This document shows positions 56,241 to 64,000 of a DNA stretch of 64,000 bases, piece after piece; the first letter of the stretch is position 1, and each line of letters starts with the position of its first letter. Source of the stretch: Candidatus Gastranaerophilales bacterium (GTDB taxonomy: Bacteria > Cyanobacteriota > Vampirovibrionia > Gastranaerophilales > Gastranaerophilaceae); the NCBI GenBank assembly GCA_944324845.1, contig CALUXX010000002.1, positions 42,496 through 106,495 on the forward strand, given 5' to 3'. The position numbers were made by a program, and so were the translations under genes. The notes under the pieces were generated by a model. The model worked only from the letters and a program-made list of their open reading frames with translations. It was not told the origin of the DNA and searched no databases.

Positions 56241-57017
56241 GTGAATACTTATTATTGTAGAGAAGAGAAATGGGTGGATAGAACATTCAGCAAGCGAGGA
56301 AGATTTGTAGCAGCGTTAATGATCGTTGCGTGTTCAGTAGGTATAATAGCTGGAGGATGTAGTTTTATTCCGAACATGGCGCCAAAAACAGAAGTTCCAG
56401 AAACTCCTGTAGCAGCAGAAGCGCAAAATGAAGTTCCGGTAGAAACATCAGAAATAACAGTACCTACAGATAAGGCAGAGTCACCAGATAACAAATTGGT
56501 GGGCTATGATGTTGTTTCAGTAGGTAGAAGTGATCCATTCATGCCAAACGGCGAAGCTGAAGTATTTAATAAGGCAAGAGAAGATGCAATAGCAGAAGCA
56601 AATGCATATAATGCAAAAGTTGCGAAGCTTCAGCAGTTGAAAAATACTGTAATAAGATTACCGGATGACACAAATCCATACAGCTATAATTTGCCAGTAC
56701 CACCTACAGCATTGGCAGATCCTGAAGCTACAGCTTCAAAAATTACAAGAACCAAAGTTGTTGGTATTATGTATAACAAATCAAATCCGTCAGCAATTAT
56801 AAATCTTGACAATAAAGATTATTTAGTAAGACAGGGTGATAAGATTATTGACGAAAAATATAAAGTTCTTCAAATTAATCAATCATGGATTACAGTATCT
56901 TTAGGTTCTAATATATATTCAGCAGGCATTGGGGAATTATTCTCTAAAGATGATTTGGATAAAACAAAGAATGATTTATATAACTTAGAGAGCAGATTTG
57001 GTGGTAGAAAAAGTTAA
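56241..57017 (+). CDS. PilP-like pilus assembly lipoprotein
   Basis: GTG start with GGTGGAG 6 nt upstream. It has a hydrophobic segment ending in a lipobox-like IIAGGC, and a PilP-like C-terminal beta domain (VVGIMYNKSNPSAIINLDNKDYLVRQGDKIIDEKYKVLQINQSWITVSLG). Confidence 0.55.
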   Translation: MNTYYCREEKWVDRTFSKRGRFVAALMIVACSVGIIAGGCSFIPNMAPKTEVPETPVAAEAQNEVPVETSEITVPTDKAESPDNKLVGYDVVSVGRSDPFMPNGEAEVFNKAREDAIAEANAYNAKVAKLQQLKNTVIRLPDDTNPYSYNLPVPPTALADPEATASKITRTKVVGIMYNKSNPSAIINLDNKDYLVRQGDKIIDEKYKVLQINQSWITVSLGSNIYSAGIGELFSKDDLDKTKNDLYNLESRFGGRKS

Positions 57018-57050
57018 TTGAAATAAATAAAGTAATAGGCAGGAGCAGAT

Positions 57051-58961
57051 ATGAGAAGTAAAATTAAAAACAAGGTTATTGCAAGTTTAATGTTAACTGC
57101 GTTCTTTGTAACAAATTCAATGAGTGCGTCATTCGCAATGGATAGTTACATTGGCTATAACGCAGGAAGACCAGCTATAAGATCAGCTGGTATGGGTTCA
57201 TCTGTAAGTTTGAAGTCAGGCATTCATATGTTGAATGGCGATACAAGAGTTAATTTAAGTTTAAGAGATGCTGATGTTACTCAAGTATTGAGAATGTTTG
57301 CAGATCAAGCTGGTATGAATATTATTTTTACGCCGGACGTAAAAGGAACAGTAACTTTGGATTTAGTTGATATTCCATTGGAGCAAGCATTTAATTTAGT
57401 AATAACAACTGGCAAATTGTATTATGATATTCAGGATAGTGCATTGATTATATCAACATCAGACAATGCAGTTTCATTATCTGACCGTAATCAAGTAACA
57501 GTAATTCCTGTAAGATATGCAAATGCAGCAGCAGTTGCTCACTTTATTAATGTAAACTTTTTCGGATCAAAAGAAAAAATGAAATCAAATCCGGGAATAT
57601 CTGCAAGATCAGCTGTAGTGGCAAACCCTATTACTAATGAAATTATTGTCACAGGTACAGATTCTGATGTTGATGTAGTAAGAAGATTATTGGATCAGGT
57701 TGATAGAAAACCTGCAATTACTACATACAAGGTAAACCACACAACTCCTGCAGAAATGGCAAATGCAATATGTACATCATTGATTCCTGGTGCGATGTTT
57801 ATCGGAACTGATGATGCAACTGGTGGAGCAGCTGGTATTCCAACCGGTTATGCTGCAGATTCTTCTTCATCAGAATCAGGAACTTCAAGTATTGCAGTAA
57901 GTGGTGGGCAGTTAGCATGTTCATTTGCGGCAGTGAACTCAGATGACTTTGATGATGATTCAGACGAAGATGATGATGAAGATAAATTGATTAGTTTCCC
58001 TTCAATGGGTATGACTGTTACATATTTCCCAACACTTGGAACTGTTCAAATTATCGGAGGATCTCCTCATCAGTTGGCGTTAATAGGTGATTATATTGCT
58101 GCTAACGATAGAAAAACACCTCAAGCATATTTAGAGGTTCAAATTGTTAGTTTAACAGAAAATGGTAGTAAGACATTTGATAACCAATGGCAATTCTTGA
58201 GTAAGAATTTCTCATTTAACGCTGGTGGTGGTCAAGCAGGTGGTTTCCAAACAAACCCAATGTATCCGATATTCTTTGCGGGTCATGGTTTTACTCTTGT
58301 AGATCCTAACACTTACGATAAAGAAACCGGTTCATATGATGTAATTGGTCAAATTCAAAAATGGGGTACTTCTCCACAATTAGTATATACTGTTAACTAT
58401 TTAATCAGTAGTAATAAAGCAAGGGTTCTTGCAAATCCGAAGATTTTGCTAACAAGTGGTAAAACTTCAAAAATCGATTTAAGTTCTGAATATATTGATA
58501 CAATGACTACTCAGTTCTTATCATCAGGAGCTATTGGAACTTCACAATCTCAAAAAGAGGTTAACAAAGGTAGTGACAATGGTATAACAGTTGAAATTTC
58601 ATCATTTATCAGTCCTGATGGTTATGTGACATTGGATATTACACCACAATACAACTCAATATCAGAAACTGTTTATGATACAAACCAAATTGATATCTTA
58701 GCTACATTACTTCAAAAAAGAATGTTAGAATTAAAAGGTATCAGAGTTAAAGATGGAGAAACTCTAGTTATAGGTGGTATGATTCAGGAACGTGAATCTA
58801 AGAGCGTAACAAAAATACCTTTCTTAGGTGATATTCCAGTGGTTGGTATGTTCTTCAGAACTACAACAACCGGTAAATCAAGAGAAGAAATGGTAATGAT
58901 GTTAACACCACAAATCATTGTTGATACTGAAGACGCAGTAGATCGTGATAATACTCTATAA
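57051..58961 (+). CDS. pilQ: Secretin (PilQ/GspD family)
   Basis: Signal peptide, an N0-like domain (LRDADVTQVLRMFADQAGMNIIF), Secretin_N-type domains, and the C-terminal secretin core (VLANPKILLTSGKTSKI, IPFLGDIPVVGMFFR). Confidence 0.8.
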   Translation: MRSKIKNKVIASLMLTAFFVTNSMSASFAMDSYIGYNAGRPAIRSAGMGSSVSLKSGIHMLNGDTRVNLSLRDADVTQVLRMFADQAGMNIIFTPDVKGTVTLDLVDIPLEQAFNLVITTGKLYYDIQDSALIISTSDNAVSLSDRNQVTVIPVRYANAAAVAHFINVNFFGSKEKMKSNPGISARSAVVANPITNEIIVTGTDSDVDVVRRLLDQVDRKPAITTYKVNHTTPAEMANAICTSLIPGAMFIGTDDATGGAAGIPTGYAADSSSSESGTSSIAVSGGQLACSFAAVNSDDFDDDSDEDDDEDKLISFPSMGMTVTYFPTLGTVQIIGGSPHQLALIGDYIAANDRKTPQAYLEVQIVSLTENGSKTFDNQWQFLSKNFSFNAGGGQAGGFQTNPMYPIFFAGHGFTLVDPNTYDKETGSYDVIGQIQKWGTSPQLVYTVNYLISSNKARVLANPKILLTSGKTSKIDLSSEYIDTMTTQFLSSGAIGTSQSQKEVNKGSDNGITVEISSFISPDGYVTLDITPQYNSISETVYDTNQIDILATLLQKRMLELKGIRVKDGETLVIGGMIQERESKSVTKIPFLGDIPVVGMFFRTTTTGKSREEMVMMLTPQIIVDTEDAVDRDNTL

Positions 58962-59011
58962 TTAAATAATGCACTACTAAATAGACTTGAATAGGTTAAA
59001 GAAAAGTAAAA

Positions 59012-61078
59012 ATGAATCCATTAATATTAAGATTAAAAAATAGTATAGATCAAAATATATTAAATAGTATAGATAAAGGTTTACTGGGCTTACATTTATT
59101 TGTACCAATCAGTGTAAAAGATAATTTCTTATTTGTCGCTGTATGTAAATCATCAAACAAAGATACTATCAGTAATGTATTAAAAGAATCTTTTCCACAA
59201 TCTATCAAGTTTATGTTAGTAGGGGATGATGATTTAAAGAGTTTATTATCTGATATTCTTCCTAAGAATGTTGAAGTAAAGATTCCTGATAGTGAAGCAA
59301 TTGCAAGTTCATTTGGATCAAGTCATGCAGGAGGCGATGCCGCAGTCAAGGCTGGAAAAGAAGGACGTTTAGGTGAAATCTTATTAAGAAAAGGTCTTGT
59401 ATCCGACGTTGATTTGATGAAGGCCTTGGGAGAATCAAAACGTAAGCATATGAATATTGGTTCTACCTTATTCCAAATGGGTTTGATTTCGCTAGAGCAA
59501 TTAAAAGAAGTATTGCATGAACAAACAGGTTATGATGTTGTAACAACTGATCAATTATCAAACCAAAAGCAATATGTAAAATTATTGGAACCTGAATTTA
59601 TTAGAGATAATAAAGTAATTCCAATATCTGCAGATGGTAAGAACATTATACTTGGTGTTGTAAAACCATTAAATCAAGGTGTAATAAAACAAATTATTTA
59701 TCAAACTGGTTTAGTTCCTAAACAGTTATTGATGACCCGCTTTGAATTTGATAATTCATATAATACTTTCTTTGCGAAAAATGAAGCAGATGAAGCTGCA
59801 AAATTGGCAGCGAGTGAAGCAATGGCATCAAGTGAGGGTGGTGCAGATAACCCGGCTGATGCAATTAAGCAAGAAGTGGAAAATGCCACAGGTTCTGTAG
59901 CGGTATTTGTAAACAAGATATTGACAGATGGTATTGATAGAAGAGTTTCCGATATTCATATTGAGCCTCGTTTAACAGGTTATATTGTACGTTACAGAAA
60001 AGATGGTATGTTACAAAAAGTATTAGATATTCCTGGAGCTATTGAGTCTTCCGTAATTGCTCGTTTTAAGGTTATGGCAAGAATGAATATTGCTGAAAAT
60101 AGAAGACCTCAGGATGGTACTTTTTCTATAACATATAAAGATTGTTCATATGATTTTCGTATTAACACACTTCCTGTTTCGGGTAAAGAAAAGGTTTGTA
60201 TTCGTATTTTGGCGCCGGCTGTATCTTTATCTTCTTCTGATAAAGAGATTAAGTTGGTCGGAGCATGTGAAGATGATATTGAAAAGGTTAAAAAGATTAT
60301 ATCTTGTCCAAACGGTATAATTTTGACATCAGGTCCTACAGGTTCAGGTAAAACAACAACCTTGTATTCTGTATTGAAAAGTTTGAATGATGAAACTGTA
60401 AACATCACAACGATTGAAGATCCGGTCGAAATTAAGTTGGAAGGTATAAACCAATCACAAATTAACGCAAAAGCGGGTATTACATTTGCATCTTGTATGC
60501 GTGCAATCTTACGTCAAGACCCTGATATTATCCTAGTCGGTGAAATTCGTGACTATGAAACATTGGAAATTGCGATTTCAGCAGCGTTGACAGGTCACTT
60601 AGTATTAAGTACCGTTCACACCAACTCAGCTGCGGCAACTGTTACTCGTATGATAGAAATGGGTGCAAAGGATTATTTGGTATCATCAACATTATCTGGT
60701 GTAATAGCGCAACGTCTTATCAGAAAATTGTGTGATGATTGTAAAGAACCTTATTACCCAACGAAAGAAGAAGCAAAACTTGTAACATTAAAACCGGATG
60801 AAATTGAGAAATTAACAAAAACTCAAATATATAAAGCAAAAGGTTGTAACAAATGTAATTTCCAAGGTTACAAAGGACGTTTGGGTGTATACGAGATTAT
60901 GCAAATTACCAAAGAGATTAAGAAACTTGTAGCTTTAGGAGCTCACGATTTAGAAATTGAAGAAGCAGCAGTTGCAAATGGTATGACAACATTGCATAGT
61001 TCATGTTTAAGACACATAATGAATGGTCAAACAACAATAGAAGAGTTTGTCAGAGTTCTTGGTATGGCAGGAGAATAG
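59012..61078 (+). CDS. pilB: Type IV pilus / T2SS assembly ATPase (PilB/GspE family)
   Basis: T2SSE_N/MshEN-like segment (LGEILLRKGLVSDVDLMKALGESK), Walker A GPTGSGKTTT, Asp box, Walker B ILVGEIRD, His box TGHLVLSTVHTN, and a tetracysteine motif CDDCKEPY...CNKCNFQGYKGR. Confidence 0.85.
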   Translation: MNPLILRLKNSIDQNILNSIDKGLLGLHLFVPISVKDNFLFVAVCKSSNKDTISNVLKESFPQSIKFMLVGDDDLKSLLSDILPKNVEVKIPDSEAIASSFGSSHAGGDAAVKAGKEGRLGEILLRKGLVSDVDLMKALGESKRKHMNIGSTLFQMGLISLEQLKEVLHEQTGYDVVTTDQLSNQKQYVKLLEPEFIRDNKVIPISADGKNIILGVVKPLNQGVIKQIIYQTGLVPKQLLMTRFEFDNSYNTFFAKNEADEAAKLAASEAMASSEGGADNPADAIKQEVENATGSVAVFVNKILTDGIDRRVSDIHIEPRLTGYIVRYRKDGMLQKVLDIPGAIESSVIARFKVMARMNIAENRRPQDGTFSITYKDCSYDFRINTLPVSGKEKVCIRILAPAVSLSSSDKEIKLVGACEDDIEKVKKIISCPNGIILTSGPTGSGKTTTLYSVLKSLNDETVNITTIEDPVEIKLEGINQSQINAKAGITFASCMRAILRQDPDIILVGEIRDYETLEIAISAALTGHLVLSTVHTNSAAATVTRMIEMGAKDYLVSSTLSGVIAQRLIRKLCDDCKEPYYPTKEEAKLVTLKPDEIEKLTKTQIYKAKGCNKCNFQGYKGRLGVYEIMQITKEIKKLVALGAHDLEIEEAAVANGMTTLHSSCLRHIMNGQTTIEEFVRVLGMAGE

Positions 61079-61089
61079 GTGAATAGTTT

Positions 61090-62319
61090 ATGGCAATATA
61101 TTTATATACAGCATTAAAACAAGATGGATCAAATGAACTTGTAAAAGGTAAAGTTGAAGCAGTTGATATGCGTAGTGCCCGTCAAGCGGTTCGTGATTTG
61201 GGACTTCTTGCAACAAATATAGTAGAAGAAAATGCTGTTGTGACTACTGCCAAAAAAGATACAGCAAAAAAATCAGGTAAGATGCCTAAGTTGGGTCTTG
61301 CTGAGCAAATCGATTTTACATCAACAATGCAAATTTTGTCAGCTGCAGGTATTCCAATTATTGAATCGTTAATGTTTATCGAAACAGATTCCGCAAAACT
61401 TAGGATTCGTCAGGTAGCAGCAGAATTAAGACGTCAAATTATGAACGGTGGAACTTTTGCAGGTACTGTTGCAAAATATCCTGAGCAGTTCGGGCAAGTC
61501 TATATTGGTCTTGTAAAAGCCGGTGAAGATTCAGGTGAATTGGAAAAGACCCTAGAACGTTTGTTAGAATTGTTGAATAAACAAGCGGCTATTAGAAGTA
61601 AGGTTACAGGTACTCTTATGTATCCGGTATTCGTTATTCTTCTTGCCGGATTTATCATTATTGTCATGTTGGTATTTGTATTTCCGGTATTTAAAGACAT
61701 GTTTGATTCGATGGGTATGCAATTACCGTGGATTACTCGAACGCTTATGGCCGCAGGGTTGTATATGAAAAAGAATTGGTTAGGTATTCCTATTGTTATT
61801 GCAATTATTGCATTTACAATCAATTTCTTGTTTAAATGGAAACCAAGCCGTTGGAAAATTGATGCTATTGCATTGAAAATTCCTATTATTTCAGATTTGT
61901 TACAGTATTCTAATTTTTCAAACTTTATATCAGTAATGCAAGTTGCTTATGACGCAGGTGTTCCTATTTTGGAATGTTTAACATTGTCAAATTTAACATT
62001 AACAAACCATACATTAGAAACAAGAGTTGTAGAAGCAACAGCAAAAGTTAGACAAGGTCAACATTTATCAGCAGCATTAAGATCAACAAGAACAATGCCT
62101 AAAATGATTTTGTTTATGATTGCAACAGGTGAACAATCAGGTCGTTTGGGTGATATGTTAGGACAGGCTGTAAGTTATATTGATAAGCAGTTAGATGCTA
62201 TTATTGATGTAATGACTAAGATGATTGAACCTATCATGCTTGTTGTTATCGGTTCTATCGTACTTGTATTAGCAGCTGCATTGTACTTACCACTATTTGC
62301 ATCTTATATGGGTATGTAA
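61090..62319 (+). CDS. pilC: Type IV pilus / T2SS inner-membrane platform protein (PilC/GspF family)
   Basis: Two GspF repeats (VKAGEDSGELEKTLERL and IATGEQSGRLGDMLGQ) and three transmembrane helices. Confidence 0.85.
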   Translation: MAIYLYTALKQDGSNELVKGKVEAVDMRSARQAVRDLGLLATNIVEENAVVTTAKKDTAKKSGKMPKLGLAEQIDFTSTMQILSAAGIPIIESLMFIETDSAKLRIRQVAAELRRQIMNGGTFAGTVAKYPEQFGQVYIGLVKAGEDSGELEKTLERLLELLNKQAAIRSKVTGTLMYPVFVILLAGFIIIVMLVFVFPVFKDMFDSMGMQLPWITRTLMAAGLYMKKNWLGIPIVIAIIAFTINFLFKWKPSRWKIDAIALKIPIISDLLQYSNFSNFISVMQVAYDAGVPILECLTLSNLTLTNHTLETRVVEATAKVRQGQHLSAALRSTRTMPKMILFMIATGEQSGRLGDMLGQAVSYIDKQLDAIIDVMTKMIEPIMLVVIGSIVLVLAAALYLPLFASYMGM

Positions 62320-62341
62320 AACAAGTGGAGTCAAGTTTTCA

Positions 62342-62390
62342 AGAAACAATCTTTGTTCAATAATTGAGCGGAGGTTGTTTCTTTTTTCGG
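62342..62390 (+). terminator. Possible terminator after pilC
   Basis: AGAAACAA (62342-62349) pairs with TTGTTTCT (62375-62382), followed by a T run. The 25-nt loop weakens the call. Confidence 0.35.
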
Positions 62391-62397
62391 AGGTAAA

Positions 62398-63225
62398 ATG
62401 GAAAATAAAAAGGTTGTTGTAATAACCGGTTCTACATCAGGTATTGGTGAAGAATTAACTAAACTATATTCACGCAGTGAAGATTTCAGAATTTTTGCAG
62501 GCTATCGTAATCCTGATAAAATTTCAAATAACTTGGAGAATGTTGATTATTTTTATATAAATTTAGCTGATACAAAATCAATTATTTCTGCTGCTGATTA
62601 TATAAAATCTAAAGTTGGTAAAGTTGACATATTGATAAATGTTGCAGGATCGGTTGTAGCCGGTCCTGTTGAAGTACTTCCGATAGATAAGTTAAAAGAA
62701 CAATTTCAAATCAATACTTTTTCACATATTGAATTTGTTCAAAATTTGTTTCCTGTATTGGATAATTCTCGGATAATAAATATAAGTTCAATGGCTAGTT
62801 TTGGTCATTTCCCTTTTATTAGTCCTTATTGTGCATCGAAAAGGAGTTTGGACATATTTTTTAATGCCTTATTAATCGAAAATCATAAAAATCTAGAGAT
62901 TGTGTCGATAAAACCTGGAGTAATCGCAACTCCAATATGGGAAAAATCTGTTAATTCTAATGAGCAAATTTTAAATAATAATATATATTATGCAAAAGAG
63001 CTAAGTTTTTTGAAAAATAATGCTCTTTCTAATACTCAAAAAGGTCTTGATGTGAGGATTGTTGCTGAAAAAATTAAGGAAATTTCTCTTAAAAAGCGTG
63101 TAAAAAGTTCATATTTGATAGGCAAAGATGCAATTTTTGCTCAGATTCTTTCGTATTTGCCTCAAGATTTAATCAATAATTTGGTTAAATTAGGTTTGAA
63201 AGCAAGGATTTCTAATTGTAAGTAA
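62398..63225 (+). CDS. Short-chain dehydrogenase/reductase
   Basis: VITGSTSGIG (TGxxxGxG), NVAG and the catalytic YCASK. Confidence 0.85.
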   Translation: MENKKVVVITGSTSGIGEELTKLYSRSEDFRIFAGYRNPDKISNNLENVDYFYINLADTKSIISAADYIKSKVGKVDILINVAGSVVAGPVEVLPIDKLKEQFQINTFSHIEFVQNLFPVLDNSRIINISSMASFGHFPFISPYCASKRSLDIFFNALLIENHKNLEIVSIKPGVIATPIWEKSVNSNEQILNNNIYYAKELSFLKNNALSNTQKGLDVRIVAEKIKEISLKKRVKSSYLIGKDAIFAQILSYLPQDLINNLVKLGLKARISNCK

Positions 63226-63403
63226 AAACTTTTTAGAATAATATGTAAACAAATGTAAATAGGTTTAAATTCTCTAAGGCTATGGGATTTAGGAGATTTT
63301 TAACTTTTTATTATCTTGTTTTGGGCAATTTTTTTCTTCCAAAATACTTAATATGAGTATAAACATTATGCATTTATTAGATATTGGGGAAAGGAGTATG
63401 CAA

Positions 63404-63865
63404 ATGGAGTTTAAAGTTAATGGTTACGCATATGCTGGTCAAGCAAACAATGGTAAAGGTTTAAATGGAAAAATTGTTGCAAATCCTGAGAAAAAATCAG
63501 TGTTTGTTATGAATAAGGATGGTACACAAACAGAAAATGTTTATGTAAATGGTAAGCTACAATCATCTGTTACTCGTTATGACAGAAATAAAGATGGCAA
63601 ATTTGATGATAAAGAAATGTATTATGTAGATAGATATTATTATCAAGATAACGGAGATGCAACAATTAAAAGATTTGTAGATAAAGACGGTGACGGTTAT
63701 AATGACTCCGTAACAACATTTGAATATGATAAAGATCGTAATCTAAAATCATCAATAACCAAGAATGAAGAAGATATAAATGATGTTAAAAATCGTGATC
63801 ATTTAGACTATGAAGTTCATAATAGACAAATGGCAGCACATAAAGATGGTATTTATATATATTAA
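63404..63865 (+). CDS. Hypothetical protein with EF-hand-like calcium-binding loops
   Basis: DRNKDGKFDDKE fits the canonical 12-residue EF-hand loop (D-x-N-x-D-G-x-x-x-x-x-E). DKDGDGYNDSVT is a second, DxDxDG-type loop. I prefer the ATG at 63404, with GGAG 7 nt upstream, over 63353. Confidence 0.5.
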   Translation: MEFKVNGYAYAGQANNGKGLNGKIVANPEKKSVFVMNKDGTQTENVYVNGKLQSSVTRYDRNKDGKFDDKEMYYVDRYYYQDNGDATIKRFVDKDGDGYNDSVTTFEYDKDRNLKSSITKNEEDINDVKNRDHLDYEVHNRQMAAHKDGIYIY

Positions 63866-63871
63866 ATAACG

Positions 63872-63901
63872 AAAAAAGAGCGGTGTTACCGCTCTTTTTT
63901 C
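63872..63901 (+). terminator. Rho-independent terminator
   Basis: GAGCGGT (63878-63884) pairs with ACCGCTC (63888-63894), with A-T extensions and a T7 run. Confidence 0.8.
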
Positions 63902-63924
63902 GTTTGTGATATAATAATATTGTT

Positions 63925-64000
63925 ATGGAAGAAAAAGAAATAGATAGTTTATACGGAAAAATAGAAGATGGGCAATATGACCAAGCAAAATCTATATTGA
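63925..64000 (+). CDS. 5' end of an ORF running off the window (MEEKEIDSLYGKIEDGQYDQAKSIL...)
   Basis: ATG at 63925, open to the window edge. Only 25 codons are visible, so I make no assignment. Confidence 0.25.
   Translation, partial: MEEKEIDSLYGKIEDGQYDQAKSIL

Noticed and set aside
1-64000. I searched for mobile elements, prophage, integrons, restriction-modification and known defence systems.
   Set aside because: I recognised no transposase, integrase, recombinase, phage structural, Cas, methyltransferase/endonuclease or other defence-type motifs in any ORF of 60 aa or longer. Apart from the RTX repeats, I saw no long direct or inverted repeats flanking any segment.

Overview
This is an AT-rich, gene-dense chromosomal segment of about 70 genes with Shine-Dalgarno-type ribosome binding sites and many 1-4 nt start/stop overlaps. 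It comes from a bacterium with an outer membrane, since TolC-like and secretin genes are present. All calls rest on reading the sequence and ORF track by eye and recognising motifs. No searches or computations were run.

Gene content in order:
- 1-1205: a truncated coiled-coil protein gene, missed by the ORF track because its stop lies outside the window.
- 1.5-4.0 kb: rpmG, tRNA-Trp(CCA), secE, nusG, rplK, rplA. rplJ-rplL do not follow.
- 4.1-5.9 kb: an acetyltransferase and two secreted proteins.
- 6.1-13.4 kb: a complete type I secretion operon, made of a TolC-like protein, an ABC transporter with a degenerate C39-like domain, an HlyD-like protein and an 856-aa RTX-repeat protein.
- 13.6-19.8 kb: a compact flagellar-type cluster, fliE, fliF, an atypical fliG-position gene, fliH, flhA, yidD.
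- 20.4-22.3 kb: a group-3 sigma factor translationally coupled to a prepilin peptidase.
- 22.6-55.9 kb: a long housekeeping stretch. It holds a DUF512 radical SAM gene, PadR, UbiA, nanK/nanE-like genes, an M16 peptidase, a family-4 UDG, an ADP-forming acetyl-CoA synthetase, MarR-EmrB, MutS2, accC-accB-efp, purB, hemW, folC, rpmI-rplT, a MATE transporter, a U32 peptidase and a YqeG-like phosphatase.
- 56.2-62.3 kb: a type IV pilus / T2SS-like block, made of a PilP-like lipoprotein, a secretin, a PilB/GspE ATPase and a PilC/GspF platform protein.
- 62.4-64.0 kb: an SDR, an EF-hand-like protein and a partial ORF.

I saw no transposase, integrase, phage genes, CRISPR array, restriction-modification system or recognisable defence genes.

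The most unusual signals are:
- The flagellar core cluster has a non-canonical composition, and its fliG-position gene seems to keep only a FliG_N-like segment.
- That cluster sits directly downstream of the T1SS/RTX operon.
- The sigma factor and prepilin peptidase genes are coupled.
- Several small hypothetical proteins, including a tandem paralogue pair, share a similar N-terminal motif.

None of these can be shown to be a new system from this window alone. The lineage guess (a Melainabacteria/Gastranaerophilales-like, non-photosynthetic relative of cyanobacteria) is inference only.
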